A stretch of DNA of 64,000 nt, taken from the NCBI GenBank assembly GCA_040954595.2, contig CM082594.2, forward strand, positions 7,212,840-7,276,839, read 5' to 3'. The DNA is from Balanoglossus misakiensis (Eukaryota > Animalia > Hemichordata). The translations under genes and the position numbers were made by a program. This document shows positions 59,619 through 64,000 of the stretch, in pieces. Within the stretch, counting starts at the first letter, position 1. Each line of letters starts with the position of its first letter. Below the pieces are notes generated by a model. It searched no databases. It was not told where the DNA came from and saw nothing but the letters and a program-made list of their open reading frames with translations.

Positions 59619-62600
59619 ATGGCCACCACGTTCTCGATCGTCGACTATGTTATCTTCTCGCTCGTGTTGGTGTTTTCGGCGGCCATTGGCCTCTTCCACG
59701 CTTTCACTGGAGGTCACCAGAAAACCACCAAAGAGTTTCTTCTCGCCGACAGGAAAATGCGATTCGTTCCCGTTGGGTTATCTTTGCTAGCCAGCTTCAT
59801 GTCCGCCATCGCTTTGCTGGGAACCTCCGCCGAGATCTACAACTTCGGCACGATGTTCTGGATGATCGGGGTGTCGTATTTCATCATGACCCCGATCGCT
59901 GCACATCTATTTTTGCCGGTGTTTTACCGACTCGGTGTTACAAGCGTGTATGAGGTGAGGTTCTTGCCACAATATTTACATTTGACCTTCGCTAACTGGA
60001 GATATAGACAGTAGTAACACACGCGGGATAGCATAAAGTTGGCGGTAGTGATAAACATCATTTTCATTGACTTGGGATGACAGGATCTGGTTCCCTTAGT
60101 GGACACGACTATACTCCACGGGCGATAATATGGTTTTTTAGGGTTAGGGTTAGGAGGGTTAGGGTTAGGGTTAAATTCACCCTCACATTGCCACCCCTAA
60201 CCCTCCTAACCCTAACCCTAACCACGGTTACTAGTAACCGTGCCCTAACTCACCCTCATTGCCATGGTATCGTTGCCATGGGGTATAGTCGTGTCCACTA
60301 AGAGAACCAGATCCGGATGACATGCATGGATTATGGAATGTTTCCGGTGCAGGTGCAGTAGACGGTATGCGGTACTGGCGTCCACGTCCGCCACTACTAG
60401 TCATTGGTACTTTGTGTATAAAGATTTACCAAACGTAAATGTTCACACGTGCTGTTATGTTTTTAACGGTATCTATCACTGATCATCTCGTTAGGTCATG
60501 TTTACACATTTGTTGAGAACCTTGGATTGTTGACTGAAACTTACTGGCTGTATGAACACTGACGTATGACAGTGACTGTGCAGTGTGTATGATATTGGAC
60601 AAGCACGATGGAAATGTGGGCGTATCATATTAAGCATGGCAAAAATGAAAAACCAAGAAAAATGTCCATTTCACCCCTTCACCATTACCATGGTTGATTA
60701 CAATATTTGTCAAAGAAAGTGATCCACCCTCAAACTTTAATATCTTTATAAATATTTAGTTTAATCCCTTCTCTTCTTGTTTAGTATCTACAACTGAGAT
60801 TCTCGTTGGCAGCAAGGCTTATAGGATGTTTGGCGTACATTGCTTACATGGTGAGTATCACATTGGTTTTGGAATTGTCCCATAAACAGAGCCAATCTGG
60901 TTGGGAATGGTGGTAGTAATTTATTTATTGGGGAAAAGTAAATTGACATTGGTTTTGGAATTGTCCCATAAACAGAGCCAATCTGGTTGGGAATGGTGGT
61001 AGTAATTTATTTATTGGGGAAAAGTAAATTGAATGTGAAAAATATAGGACACAAAGTCTGTAAGGCGCCAGAACTTGAAAAGATGTTTTTCAGTTATGAC
61101 ATGCATACATTTTTTTTTTATATTTGTGGCGATAACAGTTGCCAGAATTTGAAAAAAGGCTGCAACTGATCAATAAATTATGATAAACTATTGACTGAAT
61201 AAACAGATATGTGTGACCCAGACCTGTACCTATAAGATTGACCTGGAAAAGCAGGTCTACAGTGTACTTGGTGAGCGTTTTTATTCCAACTTGAATGATG
61301 GGTAATAATGGTATATTATCACATGATCACATGACCCCATGGTCACTGGAAGAAGTGACCATGGCAACATGAATTCCCAGAGTTAGCCATGTACTTCTTT
61401 CAATGTGATCCTCCAAAGACAGCACCAGTTCTCAATAAAGTCGGTCAAATGGTCAATTGGTTCTAATAACCATGTACAATTTTAATCAGACTTTATTATT
61501 TCACCTGTGTGTAGTCACAAAGTTACCACTACATTTACATTTACTGTTATTTCTGATTTCTGTTTCATTTTTAGATCATGTACATGGCTGTTGTGATGTA
61601 TGCACCTGCCCTGGCATTGAATGCTGGTATGTTGAGTTGTTTGCTAGTGATTTTAGCAGCACATTGTATTTGCTTTATTTGGAAGCACAACATATTTGCC
61701 CAGAAATCTTTTCTATTCTTCCATGCTTTTTGATAACTGTGAGAACTGATAGTGATGTCACGTTAGTCAAATGAAGACTGTTGCATGATTGATATTAATT
61801 ATCGATGATGTGTTGCAGTCAGATTGCTATAGCAAATGTTATCATTGCCATTGAACTGAATAGTAACTATGAGCAGCACTAGACAATAGCAAACATCAAT
61901 GTCATTAAAATAGACAAATACCATCTTTATCAATTATCGCTCAAATGTGCTTTGAATTGATTTCTGTGTTTTGTTTCCTCACCCACACAGTGACTGGTCT
62001 GGATATTTGGGTCTCTGTTCTGTCTGTCGGTGTTATCTGTACATTTTACACGTCTTTGGTAAGTTTCATCCCGGCACCCTCTGGTTGCGTGGATTGCTGT
62101 AATAATGTCAAAGAAAAGTTGATGTTTCTGAACCTATGTATTCATTGAATATTTTTCAATAAATAAACTGATTTTTTTTGTCTAACTCCTTTTTGTACCC
62201 AGGGTGGCATGAAAGCTGTCATCTGGACTGATGTGTTTCAGACTTGTATCATGTTTGCCGGACTGTTGGCCATCATTATCCATGGGAGCATCAGTATGGG
62301 GGGATTCGGCAACATTTGGGAAATCAACAAAGATGGCGGCCGAGTGGAATTCTTCAAGTGAGTTGTAATGTTTAGTCTTTAAACCGTATAGCGGGGAGAA
62401 TATCAAAATGAACATCAATGGAACATCAAAATGGACAATAAAATGTGTGGAACAGTTTATAACTTTCAAAATGACAAACACCACAAAGATCACAAGATGT
62501 TGTACTGTGTTCCTATTTCAGTTTCGATCCAAATCCCACGGTGCGCCACACTTTCTGGTCTCTGAGTATAGGTGGCGCCATCACTTGGCTGGGTAACTAT

Positions 62601-63991
62601 GGCTGCAATCAGCTGGCCATCCAACGTTATCTCAGCTGTCCAACTGAGAGAGATGCCAAATTGTGAGTATACAGTATGATAGTGAAATTCTTTTGACACA
62701 AATGATTTTGCAAATATACATCACGTGAGTGACTGACCATGTTTAACTTTGTGTTCTTTGCGACCTTGGCCAGGTTTTGATTGTTTAGGTATAACTGGTG
62801 ATATTGATGAAGGCCGTCTGCATTCATATGACTTCCAAATCAGAAGATTTTACACGCTGCATTACACAGCAGAATGCAAAATGCTGGTATCGAGACTAAA
62901 AACAAAATTACCACAATGATTTTTTTAACGAAGTATGCATGAAAGGTATTAATATCTCAATATGTGCTTGCTGTATTACGATAATAGCTACAAACGGCTA
63001 TCATTTCAGTAAGTTGGAACTACTGGTAAACCAGTCAGAATGCAAAATGCTGGTATCGAGACTAAGAACAAAATTACCACAATGATTTTTTTTAACGAAG
63101 TACGCATGAAAGGTATTAATATCTCAATATGTGCTTGCTGTATTACGATAATAGCCACAAACGGCTATCATTTCAGTAAGTTGGAACTACTGGTAAACCA
63201 GTCAGAAATCAAAAAGAAAAAACTGATGCAATACGTTGAATGAAATGATATAAATTCTCAGTTTCTGTTTCTTGCATTTCTCACCCTCTGTACATACAGG
63301 GCCTTGTACTTGAACCTGCCTGGCCTGCTAAGCATTGTCAGTCTAATTATTCTGTGTGGGATGGTCATCTTTGCTGCCTATGCAGACTGTGATCCCGTCA
63401 GATTGGGAATAGTTGGCAGAGCTGACCAGGTGAGGCAAATGGACATAATTCTGATATATAATGCTTACTTTTTTAAAATCATTACAGATTATACATAACA
63501 TTGTTGGACCAGGTAATATATGAATGATGTATTTTGTCTACAGCTGTTGGCTTATTATGTCATTGAAGAGTTTGCTTTCATGCCTGGAGTGGCTGGATTG
63601 TTCGTAGCTGCTATTTTCAGTGGATCTCTCAGGTAAACTGAATTTCTTCAATTTTATGATTTTTGTGTTGTCTGCAATTGCTTGAACCACAGGCAAAAGT
63701 TCACCTGCAGGCTTTGCATGGGTATTCATTGCAATTCAATTCAACTTCTTTTGTTTTGATTGTTGATGGTATCTATTCATTCATCTGCAGTTTTAAACCA
63801 ATGTTTTTGTAATGAAACAGTTACATACTGGTAGTGATACTTTTTTAAGCGGGCTTACATGTATTTGTGTCTTATCAGTACTTTGTCATCAGGATTGAAC
63901 TGTTTGGCTGCTGTCACCTTGGCGGACATTGTACGCCCAGTTGTCAAGAATTTGACTGATCGTCGGGCGGCTGTTGTTGTGAAAATCATTG
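59619..63991 (+). CDS. SLC5 sodium/solute symporter (SMCT/SMVT/NIS-like subgroup), 5' part, continues beyond the window
   Basis: MATTFSIVDYVIF...EFLLADRKMRFVPVGLSLLASFMSAIALLGTSAEIY, YLQLRFS, GGMKAVIWTDVFQ, FDPNPTVRHTFWS, QLAIQRYL, CDP...ADQ, PGVAGLFVAAIFSGSL, STLSSGLN. Exons approx. 59619-59954, 60785-60850, 61575-61626, 61991-62058, 62203-62357, 62522-62661, 63300-63429, 63544-63632, 63879-63991. Confidence 0.93.
60083..60314. mobile_element. 232-bp MITE with ~39-bp TIRs, 8-bp TSD and internal head-to-head (TTAGGG)n/(CCCTAA)n
   Basis: TSD ggatgaca at 60075-60082 and 60315-60322; TIR ggatctggttcYcttagtggacacgactatacYccaYgg (3 mismatches); telomeric tracts ~60138-60173 and ~60195-60223. Confidence 0.93.
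60860..61031. repeat. Tandem duplication, 86-bp unit x2
   Basis: acattggttttggaattgtccc...gggaaaagtaaattg starts at 60860 and again at 60946, apparently identical. Confidence 0.95.
62870..63207. repeat. Tandem duplication, ~166-bp unit x2
   Basis: cagaatgcaaaatgctggtatcgagact...ctggtaaaccagt starts at 62870 and 63036, with a few substitutions and one indel. Confidence 0.95.
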
Positions 63992-64000
63992 GTGAGTATA

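Noticed and set aside
60138-60223. Ancestral telomere-telomere fusion site
   Set aside because: The tracts are short and enclosed by TIRs and a perfect TSD, so they arrived with a transposon.

Overview
Eukaryotic, intron-rich animal DNA, most likely from an ambulacrarian and probably a hemichordate. This rests on an RWamide luqin precursor, a system chordates have lost. From left to right: (1) a minus-strand multi-exon astacin metalloprotease with an astacin-kringle-kringle-PAN-PAN architecture, a Leu in place of the Met-turn Met, a palindromic element inserted in frame at an exon start, and no intact first exon found; (2) a 16-exon LBP/BPI-family gene with a canonical kappaB site and TATA box upstream; (3) a ~23 kb gene-poor interval holding a spliced luqin neuropeptide precursor missed by the ORF track (predicted KTEGSNTFLRW-amide), a decayed WAP-like exon and several non-autonomous transposons; (4) COA3 with a U12-type intron; (5) MCM6 head-to-head with an intron-containing cytosolic Hsc70; (6) the 5' part of an SLC5 sodium/solute symporter whose first intron carries a TIR/TSD-bounded element with head-to-head telomeric repeats. 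All exon coordinates were read by eye and may be off by a few bases.
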